Of a DNA stretch of 64,000 bases, positions 13,779 to 25,800 are shown one piece after another. Position 1 is the first letter of the stretch. Every line of letters begins with the position of its first letter. A program made the position numbers and the translations under genes. The DNA lies in the NCBI RefSeq assembly GCF_964355755.1, contig NC_092680.1:10602001-10666000 (forward strand), in the 5' to 3' direction. The notes below the pieces were generated by a model. That model worked only from the letters and a program-made list of their open reading frames with translations. It had not been told where the DNA came from and did not search any database. The stretch is from Antedon mediterranea (taxonomy: Eukaryota; Animalia; Echinodermata).

Positions 13779-16700
13779 TCTATCTCTCTCTCTCGCTGAT
13801 CTATCTCTTTCTCGTTGATCTATCTCTCTCTCTCGCTGATCTATCTCTTTCTCGCTGATCTCTCTCTCTCTCGCTGATCTATCTCTCTCTCGCTGATCTA
13901 TCTCTCTCACGCTGATCTATCTCTCTCTCCTCTCGCTGATCTATCTCTCTCTCTCTCTCTCGCTGATCTATCTCTCTCTCGCTGATCTATCTCTCTTTCT
14001 CGCTGATCTATCTCTCTCTCGCTGATCTATCTCTCTCTCGCTGATATATCTCTCTCTCGCTGATATATCTCTCTCTCGCTGATCTATCTCTCTCTCCCTG
14101 ATCTATCGCTCTCTCGCTGATCTATCGCTCTCTCCCTGATCTATCTCTCTCTCTCTGATCTATCTCTCTCGCTGATCTATCCCTCTCTCGCTGATCTATC
14201 TCTCTCTCGCTGCTCTATCTCTCTCTCGCTGATCTATCCCTCTCTCGCTGATCTATCTCTCTCTCGCTGATCTATCCCTCTCTCGCTGATCTGTCTCTCT
14301 CTCGCTGATCTATCTGTGTCTTGCTGATCTATCTCTCTCTCGCTGATCTATCTGTGTCTCGCTGATCTATCTTTCTCTCGCTGATCTAACTCTCTCTCTC
14401 GCTGATCTATCTTTCCCCCGCTGATCTATCTGTGTTTCTCTGATCTATCTCTCTCTCGCTGATCTATCTCTCTCTCGCTGATATATCTATCTCTTGCTGA
14501 TCTATCTCTCTCTCGCTGATCTATCTCTCTCGCTAATCTATCTCTATCTCACTGATCTATCTCTCTCTCGCTGATCTATCTCTATCTCGCTGATCTATCT
14601 CTCTCTCGCTGATCTATCTCTCTCTCTCTGATCTATCTCTCTCTCGCTGATCTATCTCTCTCTCGCTAATCTATCTCTCTGTCGCTGATCTATCTCTCTC
14701 TCGCTTATCTATCTCTCTCTCGCTGATCTATCTCTCTCTCGCTGATCTATCTCTCTCTCGCTGATATATCTCTCTCTTGCTGATCTATCTCTCTCTCGCT
14801 GATCTATCTCTCTCTCGCTGATCTATCTCTATCTCGCTGATCTATCTCTCTCTCGCTGATCTATCTCTATCTCGCTGATCTATCTCTCTCTCGTTGATCT
14901 ATCTCTCTCTCGCTGATCTATCTCTCTCTCTCGCTGATCTACCTCTCTCTCTCGCTGATCTATCTCTCTCGCTGATCTATCTCTTTCTCGCTGATCTATC
15001 TCTCTCTCGCTGATCTATCTCTCTCTCGCTGATATATCTCTCTCTCGCTGATCTATCTCTCTCTCGCTGATCTATCTCTCTCGCTGATCTATCGCTCTCT
15101 CGCTGATCTATCTCTCTCTCTCGCTGATCTATCTCTCTCTCGCGGATCTATCTCTCTCTCTCTCTGATCTATCTCTCTCTCGCTGATCTATCCCTCTCTC
15201 GCTGATCTATCTCTCTCTCGCTGATCTATCCCTCTCTCCTCGATCTATCTCTCTCTCGCTGATCTATCTCTTTCTCGCTGATCTATCTCTCTCTCGCTGA
15301 TCTATCTGTGTCTCGCTGATCTATCTCTCTCTCTCTCTCGCTGATCTAACTCTCTTTCGCTGATCTATCTCTCTCTCGCTGATCTATCTGTGTCTCGCTG
15401 ATCTATCTCTCTCTCGCTGATCTATCTGTGTCTCGCTGATCTATCTCCTTCTCGCTGATCTATCTCTCTCTCGCTGATCTATCTCTCTCTCACTGATCTA
15501 TCTGTGTCTCGCTGATATATCCCTCTCTCTCTCTCTCGGTGATCTATCTCTCTCGCTGATCTATCTCTCTCGCTGATCTATCTCTCTGTCGCTGATCTAT
15601 CTCTCTCTCGCTGATCTATCTCTCTGTCGCTGATCTATCTCTCTCTCGCTGATCTATATCTCTCTCGCTGATCTCTCTCTCTCTCGCTGATCTATCTCTC
15701 TCTCGCTGATCTATCTCTCTCTCGCTGATCTATCTCTCTCTCGCTGATCTATCTCTCTCTCTCTCTCGCTGATCTGTCTCTCTCTCGCTGATCTATCTCT
15801 CTCTCTCGCTGATCTATCTCTCTCTCGCTGATCTATCTCTCTCTCGCTGATCTATCTCTCTCTCGCTGATATATCTCTCTCTCGCTGATCTATCTCTCTC
15901 TCGCTGATCTATCTCTCTCTCGCTGATCTATCGCTCTCTCGCTGATCTATCTCTCTCTCTCGCTGATCTATCTCTCTCTCGCGGATCTATCACTCTCTCT
16001 CTGATCTATCTCTCTCTCGCTGATCTATCCCTCTCTTGCTGATCTATCTCTCTCTCGCTGATCTATCCCTCTCTCTTCGATCTATCTCTCTCTCGCTGAT
16101 CTATCCCTCTCTCGCTGATCTATCTCTCTCTCGCTGATCTATCTGTGTCTTGCTGATCTATCTCTCTCTTGCTGATCTATCTGTGTCTTGCTGATCTATC
16201 TCTCTCTCGCTGATCTAACTCTCTCTCGCTGATCTATCTCTCTCGCTGATCTATCTCTATCTCGCTGATCTATCTCTATCTCGCTGATCTATCTCTTTCT
16301 CGCTGATCTATCTCTCTCTCGCTGATCTATCTCTCTCTCGCTGATCTATCTGTGTCTCGCTGATCTTTCTCTCTCTCTCTCGCTGATCTAACTCTCTTTC
16401 GCTGATCTATCTCTCTCTCGCTGATCTATCTGTGTCTCGCTGATCTATCTCTCTCTCACTGATCTATCTGTGTCTCGCTGATCTATCTCCCTCTCGCTGA
16501 TCTATCTCTCTCTCGCTGATCTATCTCTCTCTCGCTGATCTATCTGTGTCTCGCTGATATATCTCTCTCTCTCTCGCTGATCTATCTCTCTCTCGCTGAT
16601 CCATCTCTCTCGCTGATCTATCTCTCTCTCGCTCATCTATCTCTCTCTCGCTGATCTATCTCTCTGTCGCTGATCTATCTCTCTCTCTCGCTGATATATA

Positions 16701-18337
16701 TCTCTCTCGCTGATCTATCTCTCTCTCTCTCGCTGATCTATCTCTCTCTCGCTGATCTATCTATCTCTCTGTCGCTGATCTATCTCTCTCTCGCTGATCT
16801 ATCTCTCTGTCGTTGATCTATCTCTCTCTCGCTCTTCTATCTCTCTCTCGCTGATCTATCTTTCTGTCGCTGATCTATATCTCTCTCGCTGATCTATCTC
16901 TCTCTCTCGCTAATCTATCTCTTTCTCGCTGATCTATCTATCTTTCTGTCGCTGATCTATCTCTCTCTCGCTGATCTATCTCTCTGTCGTTGATCTATCT
17001 CTCTCTCGCTGATCTGTCTCTCTGTCGCTGATCTATCTCTCTCTCGCTGATCTATCTCTCTCTCGCTGATCTATCTCTATCTCGCTGATCTATCTCTCTC
17101 TCGCTGATCTATCTCTCTCTCTCTCTCTGATATATCTCTCTCTCGCTGATCTATCTCTCTCTCTCGCTGATCTATCTCTCTCTCGCTGATCTATCTCTCT
17201 CTCGCTGATCTATCTCTCTCTAGCTGATTTATCTCCCTTTCGCTGATCTATCTCTCTCTCGCTGATCTATCTCTCTCTTGCTGATCTATCTCTCTCTCTC
17301 TCTCTCTCGCTGATCTATCTCTCTCTCGTTGATCTATCTCTCTCTCGCTGATCTATCTCTCTCTCGCTGATCTCTCTCTCTCTCGCTGATCTATCTCTCT
17401 CTCGCTGATCTATCTCTCTCACGCTGATCTATCTCTCTCTCCTCTCGCTGATCTATTTCTTTCTCTCTCTCTCGCTGATCTATCTCTCTCTCGCTGATCT
17501 ATCTCTCTTTCTCGCTGATCTATCTTTCTCTCGCTGATCTATCTCTCTCTCGCTGATATATCTCTCTCTCGCTGATATATCTCTCTCTCGCTGATCTATC
17601 TCTCTCTCCCTGATCTATCGCTCTCTCGCTGATCTATCGCTCTCTCCCTGATCTATCTCTCTCTCTCTCGCTGATCTATCTCTCTCTCTCTGATCTATCT
17701 CTCTCGCTGATCTATCCCTCTCTCGCTGATCTATCTCTCTCTCGCTGATCTATCTCTCTCTCGCTGATCTATCCCTCTCTCGCTGATCTATCTCTCTCTC
17801 GCTGATCTATCCCTCTCTCGCTGATCTGTCTCTCTCTCGCTGATCTATCTGTGTCTTGCTGATCTATCTCTCTCTCGCTGATCTATCTGTGTCTCGCTGA
17901 TCTATCTCTCTCTCGCTGATCTAACTCTCTCTCTCGCTGATCTATCTCTCCCCCGCTGATCTATCTGTGTTTCTCTGATCTATCTCTCTCTCGCTGATCT
18001 ATCTCTCTCTCGCTGATATATCTATCTCTTGCTGATCTATCTCTCTCTCGCTGATCTATCTCTCTCGCTAATCTATCTCTATCTCACTGATCTATCTCTC
18101 TCTCGCTGATCTATCTCTATCTCGCTGATCTATCTCTCTCTCGCTGATCTATCTCTCTCTCTCTGATCTATCTCTCTCTCGCTGATCTATCTCTCTCTCG
18201 CTGATCTATCTCTCTCACGCTGATCTATCTCTCTCTCCTCTCGCTGATCTATCTCTCTGTCGTTGATCTATCTCTCTCTCGCTGATCTGTCTCTCTGTCG
18301 CTGATCTATCTCTCTCTCGCTAATCTATCTCTCTCTC
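1..18337. repeat. Satellite A: ~19-bp pyrimidine-rich tandem repeat, consensus GCTGATCTA(TC)5, variable TC number
   Basis: Continuous repetition of gctgatcta followed by (tc)4-8. Recurrent variants include ctgtgtctc, gcggatc, ctaactc and cctcgatc. Confidence 0.98.
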
Positions 18338-18418
18338 TAATGAAAACATTTCTTCTGGTTTCGATTCGTATAATAATATAAGTAGTTCTTTGATAGTAAA
18401 CCAATAAAACTTACGTTG

Positions 18419-18462
18419 GCAAGACAGTTTCGTCTAGCTGTCAGCTTGACTTCTTCAGTTGC
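18419..18462 (-). ncRNA. Minimal type I hammerhead ribozyme in inverted pLTR
   Basis: Reverse complement of 19210-19253. Confidence 0.83.
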
Positions 18463-19209
18463 TATGATGCGTTATGGCGCCGATTGGTCTCCTTTCCAGC
18501 CACTAGATGATTTTGTTGTGTAGCCTAGGGGACCAGTCGTCGTCAGAAGCTGATCGTAAATGTGAGATAGTTGGTGCGCGCCTTCGTCTCTATTCATCTT
18601 TGTATTTTTATTTTGCTTTCTTATGCTGATGCTTTCTTTAATTTTACGTTTAAGCCAAACTTGTTCTTTGTGTAGTACCTCTATCTTATCCCAGTTAGGT
18701 ATGTGGTTGTGTGTGGTCATATGGTCCGTGATTGCTGATTTATGTAAAATGGAGGACGAAACTTTCCGTGATGCACGCGTCTGCATGTTCTGTGTGTTTT
18801 CCTCAACATCTTTCTTGTGCTCTTTAATTCTGGTTTTGAGTGCCCTACCCGTTTCCCCAATGTACACCATCTCACAGTTGGTGCACCCCACTTTGTAGAC
18901 GACACCACAGGAATCCTCTTTGCATGCTTTATCTTTCGGTCGGACGATTAAGTTTTTAATTTTGTTAGATGGTTTAAAGTATGTTCGTATGTTATATTTT
19001 TTTTTTTTTTTTTTTTTTTTAAACGTAAAATTAAAGAAAGCATCAGCATAAGAAAGCAAAATAAAAATACAAAGATGAATAGAGACGAAGGCGCGCACCA
19101 ACTATCTCACATTTACGATCAGCTTCTGACGACGACTGGTCCCCTAGGCTACACAACAAAATCATCTAGTGGCTGGAAAGGAGACCAATCGGCGCCATAA
19201 CGCATCATA

Positions 19210-19253
19210 GCAACTGAAGAAGTCAAGCTGACAGCTAGACGAAACTGTCTTGC
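19210..19253 (+). ncRNA. Minimal type I hammerhead ribozyme in 5' pLTR
   Basis: Stem I GCAA/TTGC, core CTGAAGA, stem II GTC-A-AGCT-gac-AGCT-A-GAC, then GAAA, very short stem III AC-T-GT and GTC cleavage triplet. Confidence 0.85.
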
Positions 19254-19322
19254 CAACGTAAGTTTTATTGGTTTACTATCAAAGAACTACTTATATTATT
19301 ATACGAATCGAAACCAGAAGAA

Positions 19323-21851
19323 ATGTTTTCATTATTGAGAGAGAAATATGGACAAGATTTGGTCCGATTACTCAGAAAGGGAGAAATTGTTGGAAAAAAG
19401 ATCGCGCGTTTTTGTAACCATAGAACATTCACATTAAGGTGTAAACAAGAAGATATCACTCCGCGAAGTCTACGACTGAACTTCCCGCTAAAAACGAAGA
19501 AAGGATATGACATAATTAAGAAAGCACAAAAAGGATTAGTAGGGGAAAGGATTAGAAATACGACCAACAAGATTAAAAACTTAAATGAAGAATTCAAACG
19601 TATTGAAGAAAAGATTTGCAACATTGTTGACCTAGATGATAACGCAACTATAACAAATAAATACCATTTTGTAAACATACGCGAATCGGAATTTAAGAAA
19701 ACTAAAGACATTCACATCAATAAGTTAGATATACAATTGAACATAAGGGACAAAAAGAATACAGATGGTTTGCAATCTACAGGATCACAACGAAAAAAGT
19801 GGGTTATTAACTTATCCAACAGACGGCTAACACATACTGAGAACTATGTACTTACTAAAGGTTTAAACTACGCGATTACGAAACCTAACCACCCTACTGA
19901 AGAACTGATCGTTGCCACGGAATCAGCATGCAATCTTTTACCGGAAATAGAAAAAGATCAACTTCGAGGGAAGATGGTAAGCCTAATTAAATCTACTAAA
20001 CCTCCGACTCCGAATGTAACCAAGGAAGAGATGCAGGCTTTGAACAACATCGCGAAAGATAAAACCATTATGGTATTACCGGCCGATAAAGGTAGGGCCA
20101 CAGTAATTCTGAACACTAAAGAATATGATGAGAAAGTGAGAAACATGCTTTCAGATACTGATACATACACGCTATTAAAGAAAAATCCTACCTCATCCTA
20201 CAAGAAAAAACTTATCACTGTAATCACGAGACTCCTCAAAGAAAAGAAAATCACTGTCAAACAAAAACACTACTTGTACCCCACGTCGGACATCACACCA
20301 AGAATTTACTGCACACCAAAAATCCATAAAATGAATAATCCGTTACGTCCCATAGTCGATTATACGGGATCCATTATGTACAATTTGTCACGAAGCTTAG
20401 CCGACATTCTCGTACCACTAGTTGGAAACAGCATCCATCATGTTACCAATTCGCTTGAATTTGTCAATGACATAAAGGACATTAAGTTACAGACAAATGA
20501 AACATTGGTCTCTTATGATGTAGTGTCATTATTTACCAAAACACCAGTCAACAAGTCCCTCAAAATAATTGAAGAACGCTTAAACTGTGATAAACAACTA
20601 TCAGAGAGAACGTGGTTACATATCAACGACATTATGGAATTGCTTCAATTGGTCCTCACCACCACATATTTCAGCTTCAGAGGGGATATCTACCAGCAAA
20701 ATTCAGGTATGGCCATGGGTAGTCCATGTTCTCCGATTGTTGCGAATTTATTTATGGAATGGCTGGAAAATGAGGCAATAACTACAGCTCACACCGACAT
20801 AAAACCGAGGATGTGGAAAAGGTATGTAGATGACATTATAACAATAATTCCCAAGGATGCGACACAACCATTATTACAACACTTAAACAAAATCGATGAT
20901 GACATTAATTTCACTTGCGAAGAAATGTCCTTAACAGACAACTCTATCCCATTCTTGGATACGCTAATTTTAATTGATGGGGAAGGCAACATCAACACTA
21001 AAGTTTTTAGAAAAGCCACCCACACAAATCAATACTTGGACTTTAACTCACATCATCCTCTACAACACAAGTTATCCGTTATCCGCACACTTCTACACAG
21101 ATGTAACACGATAATCACAAATAATGCAGACAAACAGAACGAAACTGAGATGATACATACTTCACTTAAACAATGCAACTACCCTACATGGACGATTAGA
21201 AAGGTACAACGTAACCTAGATAAACAAAAAACCGACAAACAACCCGAAACAAAAGATATAAGAGGGTCGATATCCATCCCATATATTCAAGGCCTGTCAG
21301 AGAAAATCAAGAGAACATTTAAAAAATATAACATACGAACATACTTTAAACCATCTAACAAAATTAAAAACTTAATCGTCCGACCGAAAGATAAAGCATG
21401 CAAAGAGGATTCCTGTGGTGTCGTCTACAAAGTGGGGTGCACCAACTGTGAGATGGTGTACATTGGGGAAACGGGTAGGGCACTCAAAACCAGAATTAAA
21501 GAGCACAAGAAAGATGTTGAGGAAAACACACAGAACATGCAGACGCGTGCATCACGGAAAGTTTCGTCCTCCATTTTACATAAATCAGCAATCACGGACC
21601 ATATGACCACACACAACCACATACCTAACTGGGATAAGATAGAGGTACTACACAAAGAACAAGTTTGGCTTAAACGTAAAATTAAAGAAAGCATCAGCAT
21701 AAGAAAGCAAAATAAAAATACAAAGATGAATAGAGACGAAGGCGCGCACCAACTATCTCACATTTACGATCAGCTTCTGACGACGACTGGTCCCCTAGGC
21801 TACACAACAAAATCATCTAGTGGCTGGAAAGGAGACCAATCGGCGCCATAA
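19323..21851 (+). CDS. Penelope/Poseidon-type reverse transcriptase plus GIY-YIG endonuclease, 842 aa, uninterrupted
   Basis: RT motifs ADKG, PKIHK..PLRPIV, SYDVVSLFT, GMAMGSPCSP and RYVDD. C-terminal GVVYKVGC..C...YIGETGR...RIKEH is a GIY-YIG signature. Confidence 0.96.
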   Translation: MFSLLREKYGQDLVRLLRKGEIVGKKIARFCNHRTFTLRCKQEDITPRSLRLNFPLKTKKGYDIIKKAQKGLVGERIRNTTNKIKNLNEEFKRIEEKICNIVDLDDNATITNKYHFVNIRESEFKKTKDIHINKLDIQLNIRDKKNTDGLQSTGSQRKKWVINLSNRRLTHTENYVLTKGLNYAITKPNHPTEELIVATESACNLLPEIEKDQLRGKMVSLIKSTKPPTPNVTKEEMQALNNIAKDKTIMVLPADKGRATVILNTKEYDEKVRNMLSDTDTYTLLKKNPTSSYKKKLITVITRLLKEKKITVKQKHYLYPTSDITPRIYCTPKIHKMNNPLRPIVDYTGSIMYNLSRSLADILVPLVGNSIHHVTNSLEFVNDIKDIKLQTNETLVSYDVVSLFTKTPVNKSLKIIEERLNCDKQLSERTWLHINDIMELLQLVLTTTYFSFRGDIYQQNSGMAMGSPCSPIVANLFMEWLENEAITTAHTDIKPRMWKRYVDDIITIIPKDATQPLLQHLNKIDDDINFTCEEMSLTDNSIPFLDTLILIDGEGNINTKVFRKATHTNQYLDFNSHHPLQHKLSVIRTLLHRCNTIITNNADKQNETEMIHTSLKQCNYPTWTIRKVQRNLDKQKTDKQPETKDIRGSISIPYIQGLSEKIKRTFKKYNIRTYFKPSNKIKNLIVRPKDKACKEDSCGVVYKVGCTNCEMVYIGETGRALKTRIKEHKKDVEENTQNMQTRASRKVSSSILHKSAITDHMTTHNHIPNWDKIEVLHKEQVWLKRKIKESISIRKQNKNTKMNRDEGAHQLSHIYDQLLTTTGPLGYTTKSSSGWKGDQSAP

Positions 21852-21860
21852 CGCATCATA

Positions 21861-21904
21861 GCAACTGAAGAAGTCAAGCTGACAGCTAGACGAAACTGTC
21901 TTGC
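21861..21904 (+). ncRNA. Minimal type I hammerhead ribozyme in 3' pLTR
   Basis: Identical copy of 19210-19253. Confidence 0.85.
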
Positions 21905-21977
21905 CAACGTAAGTTTTATTGGTTTACTATCAAAGAACTACTTATATTATTATCTCTCTCTCGCTGATCTATCTCTC

Positions 21978-22035
21978 CACAGCTGTTTCAACCTATGATA
22001 ATATTTTAGAAAAAGTCAAGCGCCCTCAATGTTAG
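21978..22035 (+). repeat. Left bipartite TIR: 14-bp terminal block, 21-bp spacer, 23-bp inner block
   Basis: CACAGCTGTTTCAA (21978-21991) and AAGTCAAGCGCCCTCAATGTTAG (22013-22035). Confidence 0.85.
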
Positions 22036-22813
22036 CAGACGACTTTTTCTGAACCGCGGAAGATTGAAAATTCGTTCGCGAGAGGTTATGAAACTTTCGC
22101 GAACGTCAAAAATATACAAGTATCATTTGTAGTCAATTCAACGTGTTTTTAATCAAGTTATCAGTTAAGGTTAGTATTTGCTGGTTTGAAACCAGATTTT
22201 TTATGATTTATTTACAGCATAATGATAAAAAAACAATTACTAAGACGACTTATCGAATATAAAAGTCGGTTAATTTACCCGGAAATAGCAGCGAACAGCG
22301 TAGTCTATATTGTAAACAAACAAAAGTTAAAAATACACCGTCAAACTTCACCGATTGTGTTTACATCGTTATTTTTTAAAACATAATACTTATTTTCTAT
22401 AAACCATTAATACTAATTGGAAATATTTAACATAGTTTTGTTAAAAGGTGACGGTTCAATATCTTATAAATTATCGTAATACAACAGCCTTTTTTTAAAC
22501 ATTAGCCGATCACCGGGTATGCAGGCGCAGACGAGGCCCGCGACGAGCGTGGCCTTTCTGGCGGCCTAGCTTTAATCTAGGCCCAAGCCTGTGTGATTTT
22601 TTCGCAATGAATTAAAACTCTTTAAGTAACATGATTATTAAGAATTTTTAATAATGCTAGCTAATACGATTGTTCCATTTATTAAGTTTAATATTCACTG
22701 AATATGCATATTTTCCTAGGCCTAGAACTAGGCTAGGCTTATTAGATATTAACTTAAAATTTACAACAAATGAAATTGCACTGTATCAAATTTAAAATAC
22801 TATCTTCCCACAG

Positions 22814-25800
22814 ATGGAGTTTCATGAGATGGCACTGTCCTCTATTTGTTTTGATTGTGGAAAAAAAATGAAAGAAAAGGATGAGAGGTACTCTTTGGTC
22901 AACATGAAAAAATTATCCCCTTTTTTGGAAATTCAAAATGCTGTTGATCCAGATAGACTTTGCTCCACTTGTCATTCAAGATTTTATAAAGGGCATTCTC
23001 TTTCGCCGTTTCACTATCAGCCACATGAGGAAGAAAGATGTTTAACATGTTTTTTATACAGAAACCAACTAGTATCAGGGCGAAGACAGAAACAAAATTT
23101 TCAAAGAGGTACAAGCGGTAATTTTACTTCAGTTCCTCTGCCGCTAGCCCCAATCAGTCGGCAGTTTAAAATCTTAAACGATTGTGATAAAATTTATGAA
23201 TGCCTAATTTGCAAAAAAATGTTATCTCTTGATAGCGTCCAGACACCATGTGGCCATTTTTTTTGCACACACTGTACAAACAAATTGTTTTCTGCTTTTT
23301 CCAAATTATCTATTCCCTGTTTTAGTTGTAATTCTAATTTTAAGAAGGACGAACTTGTGCAAATTCCGACAATCATTGAGCACTCATTAACATCAGTTGT
23401 CCTTCAATGTTCTATTTGTCTGTCAAAATTATATCTAAGTGAAACAGACAATCATGTATGTAAAACGGAAAAGGAACAAGCATTTATGAAAATTAGAAAT
23501 GCTGTTAAAGATATCCAAACTGCAACTGCCAACACAAATGTCTACCCAACAGAGCTATCAAATCTGGCACATAAGCTAGTTCATCAAGATGTGACGGAAG
23601 GGAAAATAACTTTGAAAACTCAAGGACGGGTAAGATTCCAAATCCGATTATTAATATTATATAATAATAAAATAATTTTCCTTTAAAATCATCTGATTAG
23701 TCATTATTTTGTGAGGCTTAAATATTATTTTCTGCTTGTAATTAATTTAAACATTTTCAATTTTGAAGCCACTAAACATGGTTACCGCTTCGCAAGCCAC
23801 CAAAGTGAATGTTGCTGCTGCACCAGATACTAATGGTCAAAAAATGGATGCAACAAGGTGCCTTGGTATCATGAACGCCTGCAAAATAAATTGGAGTCAG
23901 CAGCGGGCATTACGAAGGTAATTGAAGTTTTAATTAGTGAATTCTCATAATCCATAACGAATAAATTGATTGATTTATAAACCACTGCAGAACTAATAAA
24001 ACATACTGATCACTATGAAAATTATTATGCAGTTGAATTATTTATTTGCATTTTAGGTTTTGTCCAGGCTTACTAGCATCAGAACGCCAGATGAGAATAT
24101 GCCAAGACAAAATTGTTGATGGCTATTTGGTTAAATCAACCGAGTATATGTTTGTAAAGAGGGAGGGAGCTACGTCAATTGGTGGGCTGTCATTGGAAGA
24201 AGTTGCAGTCGTCAGACTCGCCCAAATTAAGAAACTGATTTATGAATATTTAAATCAATATGAAATGTATGTACACAATTTTTTATTCATTCCTGGTTAT
24301 CCTTACGACACATTGCTGATTGGCTTTCACTAATAGTACTGTATCATGTGATCTGCATTTTTATTATACATACAGTACAGTACCACTAAAATTTGTACTT
24401 TTAAAATATCGTAAAATGTAATAAACATTTAATAATAATTGTTGTAACGAAGCTTAAGATTATGCTTAAATTCTTTTTTTAGAAAAAACAAACACAAACT
24501 GTATGTTAATAACAATTTTATTTAACAACCAAACTACCGTAAATAAAAGTTATCAATTAGTAATAAGAAATATCAATGGTTACATTTATTAACAATTGTA
24601 TGTACAGCTATAAATAACATAAGGAATTATAAATATAAAACAAATTATTTCCTGCATTTCAGGTCAGATGAGCTAACTTTTTTCAACAATGGAGAAATAT
24701 TTATTAAATTTGGCGGCGATAAGGGTGGTGATACCACAAAATTTGAGATACAAATTTGTGCGTTACCCAAACCAAATGCTCTCCACAACATTATAGTAGT
24801 CTTGATATTCCAGGCCCCAGATTTTACTGTCAACATCAACAAAGGACTCAATTTAATAATGGATGAAGTAATGGAATTGAATGGCAGTCAGTGGATATCT
24901 CCTAAAACCAAAATGTAAGTTCACAATTTCATTAAAATTTGTAAATTATAATTTTGTACATTTAGAGGAGGGAGTTGTATATATTATATAAAGAGATTAT
25001 TTATTTAGTACATTTAAAAAAATCTAATTTCAGACCTCACAACATCAGACTTTTTTTCTTCGGAGACTATGACTTTCTTTGCAGAATATATGGACTAATT
25101 AGTCCCAACGGTTAGTTAAATTCACCTATTTTTTTATTTAAGTTTTTAAACTTAATAAACTATTGTTTTGATAGAAAATAATATACTGTATCTGGTATTT
25201 TTTTAAAGGAAAATATAGCTGTATATACTGCCTGTGTAGTCAAGATGACATTAGGTCCAACAACAAACCATCAGAAAACAGATGCCTAAAGACATACAAC
25301 AGAGATTACAAAAGTTTTCTTGACCATGGCAGTGACCCAAAGAAGAGCAAACTGATATCACACAGTGTCATCCGGCCTTACATGGTTGATATTGAATTAA
25401 ATCGGGTAGGTTATTTAAATTATAATTCAAACAAATAAGTCCATAACAATATTAGTTCTAAACAAACTTAAAACAACTAATATTTTCATACCTCTTTAAT
25501 TAATGTATATTTCCAGGTATCAATTCCAGCACTGCATATTTCTCTCGGGCTTTTTAAAAAAATGTACGATTTGCTTGAGATTGAAATACACAATCTTGAT
25601 GTAATTATCTTTAACATGAGACAGGAATCGACAATTCCAACAGGTATGTCAGTAAATGTTAATTTCCTTTTTATTTAAAACTTTTTCCTCCACATTTTCA
25701 AAGATAATTTCAATAATTAATTATTTTTTCAAGGTGAACATCTAGCAGATTTTGATCGTAAGGTAGCAGAATGTGCAGCACACAGAATTACTTGTGCAGA

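Larger units (their letters stand above)
18338..21953 (+). mobile_element. Penelope-like retroelement (PLE) with inverted 5' segment, direct pseudo-LTRs and full ORF
   Basis: 19021-19302 recurs directly at 21672-21953. 18338-18996 is the reverse complement of the element's 3' region plus the pLTR up to the ORF start. A T24 tract marks the inversion junction (18997-19020). Satellite A flanks both sides. Confidence 0.95.

Noticed and set aside
13704-13910. RE/RD-rich ORFs on the minus strand (also 29264-29467 and the tail of 29122-29463)
   Set aside because: Translations of satellite A with no coding signal.
18472-19101. Separate 209-aa GIY-YIG gene on the minus strand
   Set aside because: It is the inverted copy of the Penelope ORF end fused by chance to antisense pLTR across the T24 tract.
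22020-22033. CTCF-like motif GCGCCCTC in the inner TIR block
   Set aside because: Only a partial match and weaker at the other end; more simply a transposase-binding site.
25361-25367. Perfect RSS heptamer CACAGTG
   Set aside because: Inside a coding exon with no nonamer at 12 or 23 bp; expected by chance.
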